DNA from: Candidatus Latescibacterota bacterium
GTDB lineage: Bacteria; Latescibacterota; UBA2968
Assembly: GCA_965207885.1 (NCBI GenBank)
Contig: OZ242311.1
Location: 672,001 to 736,000, forward strand
Reading direction: 5' to 3'
DNA: 64,000 bases
The notes below the pieces were generated by a model that was not told where the DNA came from, made no database searches, and was given only the letters and a program-made list of their open reading frames with translations. Shown in pieces: positions 51,374 to 60,425 of this stretch. The first letter of the stretch is position 1; each line of letters starts with the position of its first letter. A program made the position numbers and the translations under genes.

Positions 51374-54300
51374 ATGTTTTTGAAAAAAAGTCTTTTGTTT
51401 ATGACTGCTTTGGCATTGCTGATGTTTGCAGGGCAGGCTTCTGCACAGTTGTCGCTCTCTCTTAGTGAGGGTGGCTCTACTACGGTTTCTGGAGCAGGCA
51501 CGGAAATTTCGGTTGATGTGTCCCAGATGGGTGTTACCCAATCCGTAAATGCCATACAGATTGTGTTTGATATTGATACAGATGTTGTCACGCTTACGGG
51601 TGCTGTTCCCTTTATTATATCCGGTGGCAATACGGCTTCCCTGTTGTCCCTTACGCCAGCACCGGTGCCCCCAGGTGCGAGTTTTACCTTTACCACAGCC
51701 AAAGATGTAACGGGTGTGGAATTTTCTATTGGTATTAGCAGCATTTCACTTGATAATGTTCCTCTCCCTGTTCCACTTCCCGCTGCGATCTCGTTTAATG
51801 GTCTTGAAGCTGCTCTGACGAGTGATGGCGAGGTCAATGACGATGGCGAACTCGTCGTCAATGTCTCTGTTCCCGGCTTAACATCAACGACGGGTGCTGA
51901 GATTATGTTTATGGTTTCCGATGGGGCAGCGACGATCAAAAGTGTGACGCCTGCTGCGACGTTGCAATTATCTCCGGACGGGATAGAAGGTATGGGCTTT
52001 GTACTTCTCATCATTCCGCCGGCGATGTTGATGGACGGCAATTACGGCTCTGTGACGTTTGACGTGGATCCCAATGCGACTGAGTTTACGATTGGTGTTG
52101 CTTCGTTGACGGTGTTTACGGCAGATGGGAAGAAGCGGGCTGTGGGTGGTGGTGAGGCTTTGACGGTCACTCAGTTCGCGCCCTTTCTCGAGGCGAGTGC
52201 AACCGAGGTTACGGTTCCCCACGGCGAGACAGCTACGGCGACGGTGACCGCGATGGATACGCAGGGTGAAGCGGTTGAGTTTACCGTAGATCCCGCCGAT
52301 GCGGGCACGGTGTCGGATGATGGTAATTCTGTGACACTGTCCGCAACGGGCGATGCCACCGTGACGGTGACGGCTATGGCTGGCGGCGTTGCGATGGGTC
52401 CGGTTACGGTTGTTTTTTCAAAGCCTCCGCCAGAACTACAGACTGAGAGCACCGAGGTGACGTTTGAAGATTTTGGTGCCGAAGCTTCGGTGTCGGTTAT
52501 GGCTGTTGGTTTTGACGAAGGTGCTGTGATCAAGTTTTCTTATGAAGCGACTGCTGATTTTCAGGCGATGGAAGATGGTGCCAGCCTGATGATTACGACG
52601 GCTTCGGCCGGTACTGTGACGGTGACGGCGACCGATGGCACGGATTCTGCTTCGCTGATGATTACGTTCTCGGATCCCGCTCCTTATCTGACGGCAAGTG
52701 CAACCGATGTTATTATCCCCGAGGGTGGGGAGATGTCGGTGACGGTTTCGGCAACGGGTCTCGAGGGTGTTATTACTTATATGATAAGCAAGACCTCTGG
52801 CACTGCTTCGATTGCCTCCGATACCGATGGTGATATGGTGACGATTACGGCGAGCGGTGAGGAGTCTGCAATGGTGTCTGTGACGGCCTCTGCCGGTGGG
52901 ATGACGACCGAGGCGGTCGATATCCTGTTCCGGGCGATGCCCTCTGTTGGGTCAGATATGCCTGAGGTTATGGTTCCGCAAGCTACTGTTCCCAGTGGCA
53001 CGTCAATGGTCGTTGCAACTGGTTTCCCCGAAGGTGCCGAGATTACGTTCGATGTCGAGGTGACGAGCGGTTCGGCAAGTGATCTCACAAAGTCACAGGA
53101 TGGCAATGTGCTGACGCTGACGGCTACGGGTACGGTTAGTGTGTCGGTGACGGCTTCTGGCGCGGGCGTTACGACGTCTGCGGTTGAGGTTGTGTTTACG
53201 CAAGATACACCCGCTGCACCTGCCAGTGTGGCTGTGGAAGATCAGGCTGGGGATAATGGTTATTACGTGATGGTGAGTTTTGCCAATTCGGCAAATCACG
53301 GAGATGTGAGTCAGTATCGCGTGTATCGCGAGATGATGGTGACGACCACGATGGATGCCGATGGCAATGTGGTGGTGTCCGATACGCCGATGGCGGCGTG
53401 GGTTCCCTGGGCTGTTGTCGATGCGATGGATAATGATGGTATGACGCGAGCCGTTGTTCCGGTTACGGATGCGATGGCGACGCGCTGGGGCGTTGCTGCC
53501 GAGAGTGGTATGGATTCGGCAGAGGAAATGATTACGCCTGCTGGCAAGCGCGTGTTCTCCAAGGAGAGCGTGCAGCAGTTGGCTCAGTTCCTGGGTTTGG
53601 ATCCCAATCGGCTGGTCAACGAGGATGAACTCAGCGCGATGTTTATGCCTTCTGCTGATTATATTAATTCGATTATTGGCGGCAGGAAGAATGTGGTGTT
53701 TGCGGCGCTGGATCCCGATTTGAGTGTTCTGATCGGCAGTGTAGCTGTTCCGCAGAATATCCGCACGAGTGGGCATCCCATTGTTTCATCGACAATTACG
53801 GCGGCAGATGGTATCGTGGCTGCGATTGACGATACAGCTCCTGCTGCTGTGACCGATGTTGCCGCTGATGTGGAAACCGGGATGGTTACCTGGACGGCGT
53901 CCGCCGATGATATGATTGTTGGTATGATCAATTATCGCGGCTTCTCGCTGCCGATCCCCGGTGTGATAGGCTACGTGGTCCGGGGTGGTGCCAGCCCAGA
54001 AGCGATGATCGATATCGGGGCTGTTCCCGCTGGTTCGTCCAGTTTCCAAGTTCCCCAGGCTTTGATCGAGTCTCTGATTAATCAGGGTCTGCCCGCGGTG
54101 CTGGTCGATGTGGTTGCGATGGACGGTACCAATATGACGTCGATTGTACCACCTCTGGTGGTCGAGCTTGTCCCGACGCGCAAGCCGTTTGTGGATGCAG
54201 ACGGTGGTCCCGTTTATATCGTGAAGCTCGACAGGCACGGGGCTATGACGCCGAATGTCGTTGACTTTGAAGATTTTGTGGCCTTTACGATGGCATTTAA

Positions 54301-55171
54301 TACAGACGAGACGCACGAGAACTGGAGAGTCTTTGTTCAGGCTGACCTGAATGACGACAAGATGGTCAATTTCGATGACTTTATTCTGTTCTTCGGCTCT
54401 TATGGCAAAGAAGCGGCAGGTCCGGCTGGCAAATCTCTGGTTACGCCTATGCTTGGCGTGAATGAGGCTGCCGAGTTGTCGTTGCGTTTGGGCAGTGATC
54501 GCGTGGTGGCTGGCGAGACGATGTTTGTGGATGTGTCTCTGGCCAATGTGCAGGCTCTGATGGGTTACGGGTTTGTGCTTAACTACGATGCCGAGAAGTT
54601 CGAGTTTGTAGAAGTGATGCCGGCTGCTGAGGATTTGCTTGTGTCTTCGGGTGGTGAGACGCCGCTGTTGAGGGGTTGGTCGCCTGAGGCCGGGCAGGTT
54701 CACGTTATGAATGCGATCGTCAATGGTTCGGAGGTTTCTGGCGGTGGCGATATTGTTCGGTTGGTGTTCCGCGTGTTGCGCGATTTTGAAGATAATGCGC
54801 GGTTTGAGATTGCCGAGGGTCTGGTTTTCGATCCGAGTCAACTCGCCAATCCATTGGCTGGCGGTGTGCTGGATATTCAGACGACGCCTACAGAGTTTGC
54901 ACTGCTCCAGAATTTCCCCAATCCGTTTAACCCCGATACAACGATCGGGTACGAATTGGCCGAGTCCGCCGATGTGACGCTCCAGATTTACAATGTGGTG
55001 GGTCAGGTCGTTCGGACGCTGATTGCTGCTGAACCGCAGTCGGTTGGTCGTTATCAGGTCCGTTGGGACGGTATGGATGATCGCGGGACGCCGGTTTCGA
55101 GTGGTATTTATTTCTACCAGATCTCGGCAGGGAAGTTCCAGGATGTGCGGAAGCTGATGCTGCTCAAGTAA
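51374..55171 (+). CDS. Secreted surface protein (1265 aa): cohesin/Ig-like domains, dockerin-like, cohesin-like, FlgD-Ig/T9SS-like CTD
   Basis: Signal peptide; ADLNDDKMVNFDDF; C-terminal about 300 aa homologous to preceding gene. Confidence 0.88.
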   Translation: MFLKKSLLFMTALALLMFAGQASAQLSLSLSEGGSTTVSGAGTEISVDVSQMGVTQSVNAIQIVFDIDTDVVTLTGAVPFIISGGNTASLLSLTPAPVPPGASFTFTTAKDVTGVEFSIGISSISLDNVPLPVPLPAAISFNGLEAALTSDGEVNDDGELVVNVSVPGLTSTTGAEIMFMVSDGAATIKSVTPAATLQLSPDGIEGMGFVLLIIPPAMLMDGNYGSVTFDVDPNATEFTIGVASLTVFTADGKKRAVGGGEALTVTQFAPFLEASATEVTVPHGETATATVTAMDTQGEAVEFTVDPADAGTVSDDGNSVTLSATGDATVTVTAMAGGVAMGPVTVVFSKPPPELQTESTEVTFEDFGAEASVSVMAVGFDEGAVIKFSYEATADFQAMEDGASLMITTASAGTVTVTATDGTDSASLMITFSDPAPYLTASATDVIIPEGGEMSVTVSATGLEGVITYMISKTSGTASIASDTDGDMVTITASGEESAMVSVTASAGGMTTEAVDILFRAMPSVGSDMPEVMVPQATVPSGTSMVVATGFPEGAEITFDVEVTSGSASDLTKSQDGNVLTLTATGTVSVSVTASGAGVTTSAVEVVFTQDTPAAPASVAVEDQAGDNGYYVMVSFANSANHGDVSQYRVYREMMVTTTMDADGNVVVSDTPMAAWVPWAVVDAMDNDGMTRAVVPVTDAMATRWGVAAESGMDSAEEMITPAGKRVFSKESVQQLAQFLGLDPNRLVNEDELSAMFMPSADYINSIIGGRKNVVFAALDPDLSVLIGSVAVPQNIRTSGHPIVSSTITAADGIVAAIDDTAPAAVTDVAADVETGMVTWTASADDMIVGMINYRGFSLPIPGVIGYVVRGGASPEAMIDIGAVPAGSSSFQVPQALIESLINQGLPAVLVDVVAMDGTNMTSIVPPLVVELVPTRKPFVDADGGPVYIVKLDRHGAMTPNVVDFEDFVAFTMAFNTDETHENWRVFVQADLNDDKMVNFDDFILFFGSYGKEAAGPAGKSLVTPMLGVNEAAELSLRLGSDRVVAGETMFVDVSLANVQALMGYGFVLNYDAEKFEFVEVMPAAEDLLVSSGGETPLLRGWSPEAGQVHVMNAIVNGSEVSGGGDIVRLVFRVLRDFEDNARFEIAEGLVFDPSQLANPLAGGVLDIQTTPTEFALLQNFPNPFNPDTTIGYELAESADVTLQIYNVVGQVVRTLIAAEPQSVGRYQVRWDGMDDRGTPVSSGIYFYQISAGKFQDVRKLMLLK

Positions 55172-55176
55172 TTCGG

Positions 55177-55202
55177 TAAGGGCGAGGCATGCCTCGCCCT
55201 TA
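55177..55202. repeat. Perfect palindrome, GTAG-type REP core
   Basis: TAAGGGCGAGGCATGCCTCGCCCTTA. Confidence 0.75.
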
Positions 55203-55254
55203 ATTTGTCATTTAGAACTTACAAGGAGTAGTTTTCAGCGAAGGAGTCTTGCAA

Positions 55255-57348
55255 ATGTTTTTGAAAAGAGGATTGTTATTTTTTTCTGCCCTTGCATTTC
55301 TGGCGTTTGCGGGTCAAGCTTCTGCTGGTCCCAATGCAAATGCGACGGTGACGATTGATTTGATTACCGATGGCGGGGCAGGCAATCAGATGGATGATGG
55401 CGTTCATTCTGGTAATGTCTCTGGACAGGGCACAAAAATTGCCGTTGAGGTTTTCGCCAAGGGCGTGACCACGTCGCTGGTCGGTGTGAAGATCGAATTT
55501 GATTTTAAATCTGAAGAGTTAAAGCTCGATAAGGTCGAGAATAGCGCGTTTCTGTTTGCTATTCCCGAGCCGACGGGCGTAAATTTTGCAGCGACTGCGC
55601 CTGTTACACTGCCGGAGTCCGGTTTTCTTGGACGCGCCGAGTTTTCTACTGTGGCGGATGTAACGAATCAGGAATTTTATCTGGGCATTAAGGCGGTTGT
55701 GCTTGCCGAAAGTGCAGCGTCGAGCGATATCATTGCGCCAGAGATGATGGCGATGATGAGTACGATTAACTTTAATGTCAAGCCCAGGCTGATGACAGAT
55801 ATGTCTATGATGGATATGTCTATGATGATTCCGGTGCCGCCGGGTGGCACGGGGTCGGTCGTGGTAACGGCTGTGAATTTCCCCGCGGATGCGACGATTA
55901 CGTTTGATGTGCAGGGCGAAATGATTGAGATGGTTCAGTCCATGATGGATGGTGCCAAGTTGACGTTGACGGCGAGTGGCCCGGCAAAGGTGACGGTGAC
56001 GGCGAGTGATGGCATGACGACGACCGATCCGATTACGATTGAGTTTGTCGAGGTGCGGCTCCCCACACTGGATGCCGCAGGCATGGACATGATGAATATG
56101 ATGGATGATGGCATGCTTGCAGCCAGTGCCGGTGCCAATGAAGAGATCGCTATTGAGGTGTTTGCAGGTGATATAGAAGGTGGTCTCGGCGGTGCGAGTA
56201 TTGTGTTTACGATTGATCCGGCTGGTGCTGCGGCGATCACGGATTTTGCGCCTGCTGAGGGTCTGACGCTGCTGGGTATTTCCGGTAATCAGGTCGATAT
56301 CGGTGCCGAACAGGCAGTGATGCTGTCCAATGGTGGTTTTTTGGGCACGCTGAAGCTGATGACGGGCGCCGAGGAGATGCCTTTTGCGGTCGGGGTTGCG
56401 TCGTTTAGAGCCGTTCTCGCTTCCGGCGATGAGTCTATGCTACCTGTGCCTGCTCCGGTGTTGTATAACCACGGTCCGGCTCTGGATGTGTCACCTGGTC
56501 TCATCAATACAATCCCGCGCGGTGGCACTGCGGTGGTTACGGTTACAGCCGTGCGTTTTCCCGAAGGGGCTACGGTTACGTTCACTGTAGATCTCCTGGA
56601 AGGTGTGGGCGATGATCCACAATCCACGATTGAACATTCGGTCGATGGTCATGTCCTGACTTTGACAGCCGCTGGTTATGTTTCTTCGGTTGTGAAGGTG
56701 ACAGCCTCGGATGGTATGATGGAAGCTCTTGAGGTCACCATTCAATTTACCGAGCAGGTGGCGGTTGAGTTGTCGTCATTTGTCGGTTCGGTGGTTGAAG
56801 ACCGCGTGGTGATCAATTGGACCACGGCTTCGCAGACCAATAATGCGGGTTTCCGCGTGCTTCGCAGCACGGATGGAGAGACCTACGAGGCGGTGAGCGA
56901 GCTTATCTCTGGTGCTGGTACGACCGATCAGTTGATGGATTATATGTTTGAGGATAATAGTCTTCCCGCTGCTGAGATCGTTTATTATGTTCTCGAGCAG
57001 ATTGATCTGGATGGGACAGTTAATCTTTCGAATCCGATTGAGGTGCTGTTGGGCGCGCGTTTCACCCTGCCCACAGAGTTTTCTTCGGCTGTTTATCCCA
57101 ATCCGTTTAACCCGAGGACGACGATTTCCTACGAGTTGCCCACTGACACAGCTGTGTCCGTCATTATTTACGATGCGATTGGGCAGGAGATTCGTCAACT
57201 CGTGAGCCAGCATTATACGGCGGGTCGCTATAGTGTCCAGTGGGATGCTAAAGACCATATGGGCCGCAGCGTTGGTAGTGGCGTTTATATCGCCAAGATC
57301 AAAGCGGGTCCAAATACCGCGATCCAGAAGATGCTGCTGTTGAAGTAG
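55255..57348 (+). CDS. Secreted Met-rich surface protein with cohesin/Ig-like domains and FlgD-Ig/T9SS-like CTD
   Basis: Signal peptide like preceding gene (FAGQASA); VELSSF..W.TASQTNNAGF domain; YPNPFNP...SGVY...KMLLLK. Confidence 0.85.
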   Translation: MFLKRGLLFFSALAFLAFAGQASAGPNANATVTIDLITDGGAGNQMDDGVHSGNVSGQGTKIAVEVFAKGVTTSLVGVKIEFDFKSEELKLDKVENSAFLFAIPEPTGVNFAATAPVTLPESGFLGRAEFSTVADVTNQEFYLGIKAVVLAESAASSDIIAPEMMAMMSTINFNVKPRLMTDMSMMDMSMMIPVPPGGTGSVVVTAVNFPADATITFDVQGEMIEMVQSMMDGAKLTLTASGPAKVTVTASDGMTTTDPITIEFVEVRLPTLDAAGMDMMNMMDDGMLAASAGANEEIAIEVFAGDIEGGLGGASIVFTIDPAGAAAITDFAPAEGLTLLGISGNQVDIGAEQAVMLSNGGFLGTLKLMTGAEEMPFAVGVASFRAVLASGDESMLPVPAPVLYNHGPALDVSPGLINTIPRGGTAVVTVTAVRFPEGATVTFTVDLLEGVGDDPQSTIEHSVDGHVLTLTAAGYVSSVVKVTASDGMMEALEVTIQFTEQVAVELSSFVGSVVEDRVVINWTTASQTNNAGFRVLRSTDGETYEAVSELISGAGTTDQLMDYMFEDNSLPAAEIVYYVLEQIDLDGTVNLSNPIEVLLGARFTLPTEFSSAVYPNPFNPRTTISYELPTDTAVSVIIYDAIGQEIRQLVSQHYTAGRYSVQWDAKDHMGRSVGSGVYIAKIKAGPNTAIQKMLLLK

Positions 57349-57406
57349 GGGCGTAAAATTTTACGCCCTACGGCACGGCGCCGATTCCTGGGACGGTGCC
57401 AAATTC

Positions 57407-57444
57407 AAAGGCCATTGGACATTTTGTCCAGTGGCCTTTTTTTT
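57407..57444 (+). terminator. Rho-independent terminator of the surface-protein operon
   Basis: AAAGGCCATTGGACA-loop-TGTCCAGTGGCC-T8; preceded by GTAG-type palindrome 57345-57371. Confidence 0.85.
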
Positions 57445-57513
57445 GTTATTGCGGTATTATATATGTGAAACTATATTCGAGCACGAAACGTCGGTTACAA
57501 AAAAGGAGAAAGT

Positions 57514-57744
57514 ATGCAGATTCCGACACCACAAGATAAGTTCGCAGAATTTGATGCGCGCCTGGCGCGGATCGAAGGTATTGTTGAGCAAATGGACAAA
57601 CGCATGACCAGCATGGAGACGCGCTTGGCCAACCTTGAATTGCGCGTTGATAGCGGTTTCAAATGGGTTATTGGTCTGCTGATTACATTGCTGATTGCCA
57701 ATGTCGGTACGGCTATCACAATCGTTTTGACGCTGAATAAATAA
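57514..57744 (+). CDS. Small coiled-coil protein with C-terminal TM helix (DUF1640/XhlA-like)
   Basis: AAGGAG RBS; RLARIEGIVEQMDKRM...FKWVIGLLITLL. Confidence 0.7.
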   Translation: MQIPTPQDKFAEFDARLARIEGIVEQMDKRMTSMETRLANLELRVDSGFKWVIGLLITLLIANVGTAITIVLTLNK

Positions 57745-57755
57745 AGGAGATTTTG

Positions 57756-58769
57756 ATGGAGAAGGTGCGAATGGGCTTGATCGGGTGCGGTGGCAATATG
57801 AGCGGTCATATCAGGCGTTTGATGAATATGCAGGATGTGGAGATTGTGGCGCTGGCGGATCCGAGTGATGAGAGTTTTGCGCGGTTGTACGAGCGCGTGC
57901 CAGAGACAGAGGCGTTGCCGAGGTTTGCAGATCACAGGGAGATGCTGAATGAGGTGGAGATGGATGCGACCGAGATTTCTACGCCGCATACTTTGCATTT
58001 TGAACAGATTATGGATAGTCTGGATAAGGGTCTGCATGTGCTGACGGAGAAGCCGATGGTTTGTACGGTTGATCACGCGTTTCAGGTGATGGATAAGGCA
58101 GAGGAGGTGGACCGCGTTTTGATGGTGTCTTATCAACGGCATCTGGCGCCGACGTTTCGGTTTATTCGGAATCAGATTCAGGCTGGGGAGATCGGAGAGG
58201 TTCAGTTTATTCAGGCGATGCAAGACCAGCACTGGTATCAGAATCAACAGGGGAAGTGGCGACAGGTTCACGCGCTGTCGGGCGGGGGTCAGTTGAACGA
58301 TTCGGGGAGTCATTTGCTGGATATTGTGCTGTGGATGGTGGATCAGGCGCCTGCGCGCGTGTCGGCGTTTATGGATAATCTGGATACAGAGGTGGATATC
58401 AATTCGGCGCTGTCGATTGTGTTTGAGAATGGCGCGCTGGCGAATTTTTCTATTGTGGGTACAGGTCCGGGTCCTGGGATGTGGGAAGATATTACGATTT
58501 GGGGCACGAAGGGGGCGATTTATTCTCGCAATGGGAAGTTGACGTGTAAATACGGTGGCAGCGCACCCGTGGAGGTCGATGCAGATAGTTTGCCTTCGCG
58601 GTTTGTGAGTCCAGATCAAAATTTTGTGGATGCAATTTTGGGACGCGATGAAGTTCAGGTGCCGCCGGTGTGCGGTTTGCGCGTGATTCAGTTGACGGAG
58701 GCCGCATGGGAGTCGGCAGAAAAAAACGGGCGCCCGGTGCGGGTGAAGCGGACGAGAAGTAGGAAGTAG
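57756..58769 (+). CDS. Gfo/Idh/MocA family oxidoreductase
   Basis: GLIGCGG, HVLTEKPM, GGG.L.D.GSH. Confidence 0.92.
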   Translation: MEKVRMGLIGCGGNMSGHIRRLMNMQDVEIVALADPSDESFARLYERVPETEALPRFADHREMLNEVEMDATEISTPHTLHFEQIMDSLDKGLHVLTEKPMVCTVDHAFQVMDKAEEVDRVLMVSYQRHLAPTFRFIRNQIQAGEIGEVQFIQAMQDQHWYQNQQGKWRQVHALSGGGQLNDSGSHLLDIVLWMVDQAPARVSAFMDNLDTEVDINSALSIVFENGALANFSIVGTGPGPGMWEDITIWGTKGAIYSRNGKLTCKYGGSAPVEVDADSLPSRFVSPDQNFVDAILGRDEVQVPPVCGLRVIQLTEAAWESAEKNGRPVRVKRTRSRK

Positions 58770-58791
58770 GGAACGGTGTATGAAGGCGAGT

Positions 58792-58957
58792 GAGCGGTGT
58801 ACAACTGCGCCAGCAGTTCAATCGAGCATGACTGGTCGCAGTTCAGACCAGTTCACTGTGAAGTGTGAAGGAGGAAGTGTGAAGGGTGAAGGGTGAGACC
58901 AATTGTTGTAGGGGCGAGGCATGCGTCATCGCGGTATGATTCTGAGCCGCGATCCAG
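58792..58957 (+). repeat. Composite repeat: CAGTTCAA hairpins, heptamers, half GTAG REP, family A palindrome
   Basis: GTAGGGGCGAGGCATGC joined to GTCATCGCGG...CCGCGATCCAG (58925-58957). Confidence 0.75.
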
Positions 58958-58966
58958 GAGGTTCTT

Positions 58967-59899
58967 ATGTATTGGAAATTACCAATTCTTTTTGGTTTGC
59001 TCATCAGCATGGTTGCCGATTGTTGGGCGCAGCCCACGGCGCTGGCGCTGAAGTTTCCAGAGGGGCGCAAGGCGCGATATAAGCACAAGTTCCGGGTGGA
59101 GTATTACAGCAATATGGGCGAGCAGATTGTGATGCAGAGCGGGCATATTCGCGTGATTATAGATAATGAGTGGCGCAGCCATGAAGAGGTGGTTGTGCCC
59201 CAGGCGTTGCCGGGGAAGACGATTCCCGAAGGGGTGATGGGGGTTCGCGCTGAGATTAAAAAGGGTGCGAGTGCAGCGATTTTTCTGGGCGAGAAGCAGA
59301 CGTATGAGCAGTTTCCGTTTACGTTTGATATGTTTAATGACAGGGTTTTTACCTGGCAGGTGACGCCCGAGGGCGTGGTGCAGAAGTTCGAGCCAGATTT
59401 TCCCGCGTTTCGCGTGGAGCGACAGGATTTGATTACGGATATGTTCCAGGGCGCGATACCCGCGTTTGCGCCCGTTTTGCCAGAGGGTCCGGTTAATAAG
59501 GGCGATACCTGGACGGGCGAGCGCGATTTCTGGCGTCCTTTTGCGAGTATGGATATGATGGGGCGCGATTCGCAGATTAAGATCAAGAGTACTTATGAGG
59601 TGAAGAATATCAAGAATGAGAAGGGGCGCGTGGAGGTGCATATTGATGAAGAGAGTGAGGTGGAGTACGCGGGATGGATTGAGGTGAGTGCGGCTTCTCT
59701 GTATTACAATGGGAAGGGTAAAGGCGGGGGGTCGTGGGTGATCGATGCGACGCGCGGGCTGGTGCTGGAGCACAAGATGCATTTTGATATTACTAAGCCT
59801 GTTGTGATTAAAGCGGGGAAGAAGGACCCGATTCTCAATATTGTCGCCGAGATTAAAATTGATATGGAGCGCAAGTTGGAGAAGCTCGAAAAGGAGTAG
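58967..59899 (+). CDS. Exported hypothetical protein (beta-rich)
   Basis: AGGAGG RBS; signal peptide; LPEGPVNKGDTW motif; host-like codon use. Confidence 0.7.
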   Translation: MYWKLPILFGLLISMVADCWAQPTALALKFPEGRKARYKHKFRVEYYSNMGEQIVMQSGHIRVIIDNEWRSHEEVVVPQALPGKTIPEGVMGVRAEIKKGASAAIFLGEKQTYEQFPFTFDMFNDRVFTWQVTPEGVVQKFEPDFPAFRVERQDLITDMFQGAIPAFAPVLPEGPVNKGDTWTGERDFWRPFASMDMMGRDSQIKIKSTYEVKNIKNEKGRVEVHIDEESEVEYAGWIEVSAASLYYNGKGKGGGSWVIDATRGLVLEHKMHFDITKPVVIKAGKKDPILNIVAEIKIDMERKLEKLEKE

Positions 59900-59908
59900 G
59901 TTCACGGC

Positions 59909-59937
59909 TTGACACGGGTTTTGAGATATGGTATTCT
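59909..59937 (+). promoter_or_regulatory. Putative sigma70 promoter
   Basis: TTGACA-N17-TATTCT with extended -10 TG. Confidence 0.65.
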
Positions 59938-59942
59938 TGGTT

Positions 59943-60108
59943 GAAGTGTGAAGTGGGAAGTGTGAAGTGTGAAGTGTGAAGTGTGAAGTGGGAAGTGTGA
60001 AGTGGGAAGTGTGAAGTGTGAAGTGGGAAGTGGGAAGTGGGAAGTGGGAAGGATGAAGTAGGAATAATAGTACCCGTCATCGCGGCATGGGGTTGAGCCG
60101 CGATCCAG
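59943..60108 (+). repeat. Heptamer tandem array (GAAGTG[T/G])x15 plus degenerate units, then family A palindrome (60076-60108)
   Basis: 15 units 59943-60047; shorter runs near 13356, 19136, 20230, 58856, 63166. Confidence 0.92.
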
Positions 60109-60140
60109 TGGTTGTATCCAATGATGGACGGGATGGGTAG

Positions 60141-60425
60141 ATGGATATCGGTTTTGTATGGGACGAAAACAAATATCGAGAAGTCCAGGAGAAGCATGAA
60201 GTCCAGTTTTATGAGGCTGTTGCGGCATTTGATGATCCAAATGGATTCGAGGTTCCAGATCCAGAGGGACATGAAGACCGGTGGATGTGGATAGGAGCAA
60301 CAATCGCTGGTCGGGTATTAGCTCTGGTCTATTCAGAAGAAGATGTACCCCTCCATCGTTTAATCACCGCCTTTGATGCTACCGAGAGCTTACGTGATGA
60401 ATACTACAGCAGACGCGGAATTTGA
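60141..60425 (+). CDS. brnT: BrnT family toxin
   Basis: FVWDENK....QEKHEVQF.EA..AFDDP, EDRW..IG, RLITA. Confidence 0.85.
   Translation: MDIGFVWDENKYREVQEKHEVQFYEAVAAFDDPNGFEVPDPEGHEDRWMWIGATIAGRVLALVYSEEDVPLHRLITAFDATESLRDEYYSRRGI

Noticed and set aside
59853-60303. ORFs with HFPLPTS/HFTLHTS repeats
   Set aside because: Translation of the non-coding heptamer array on the opposite strand.
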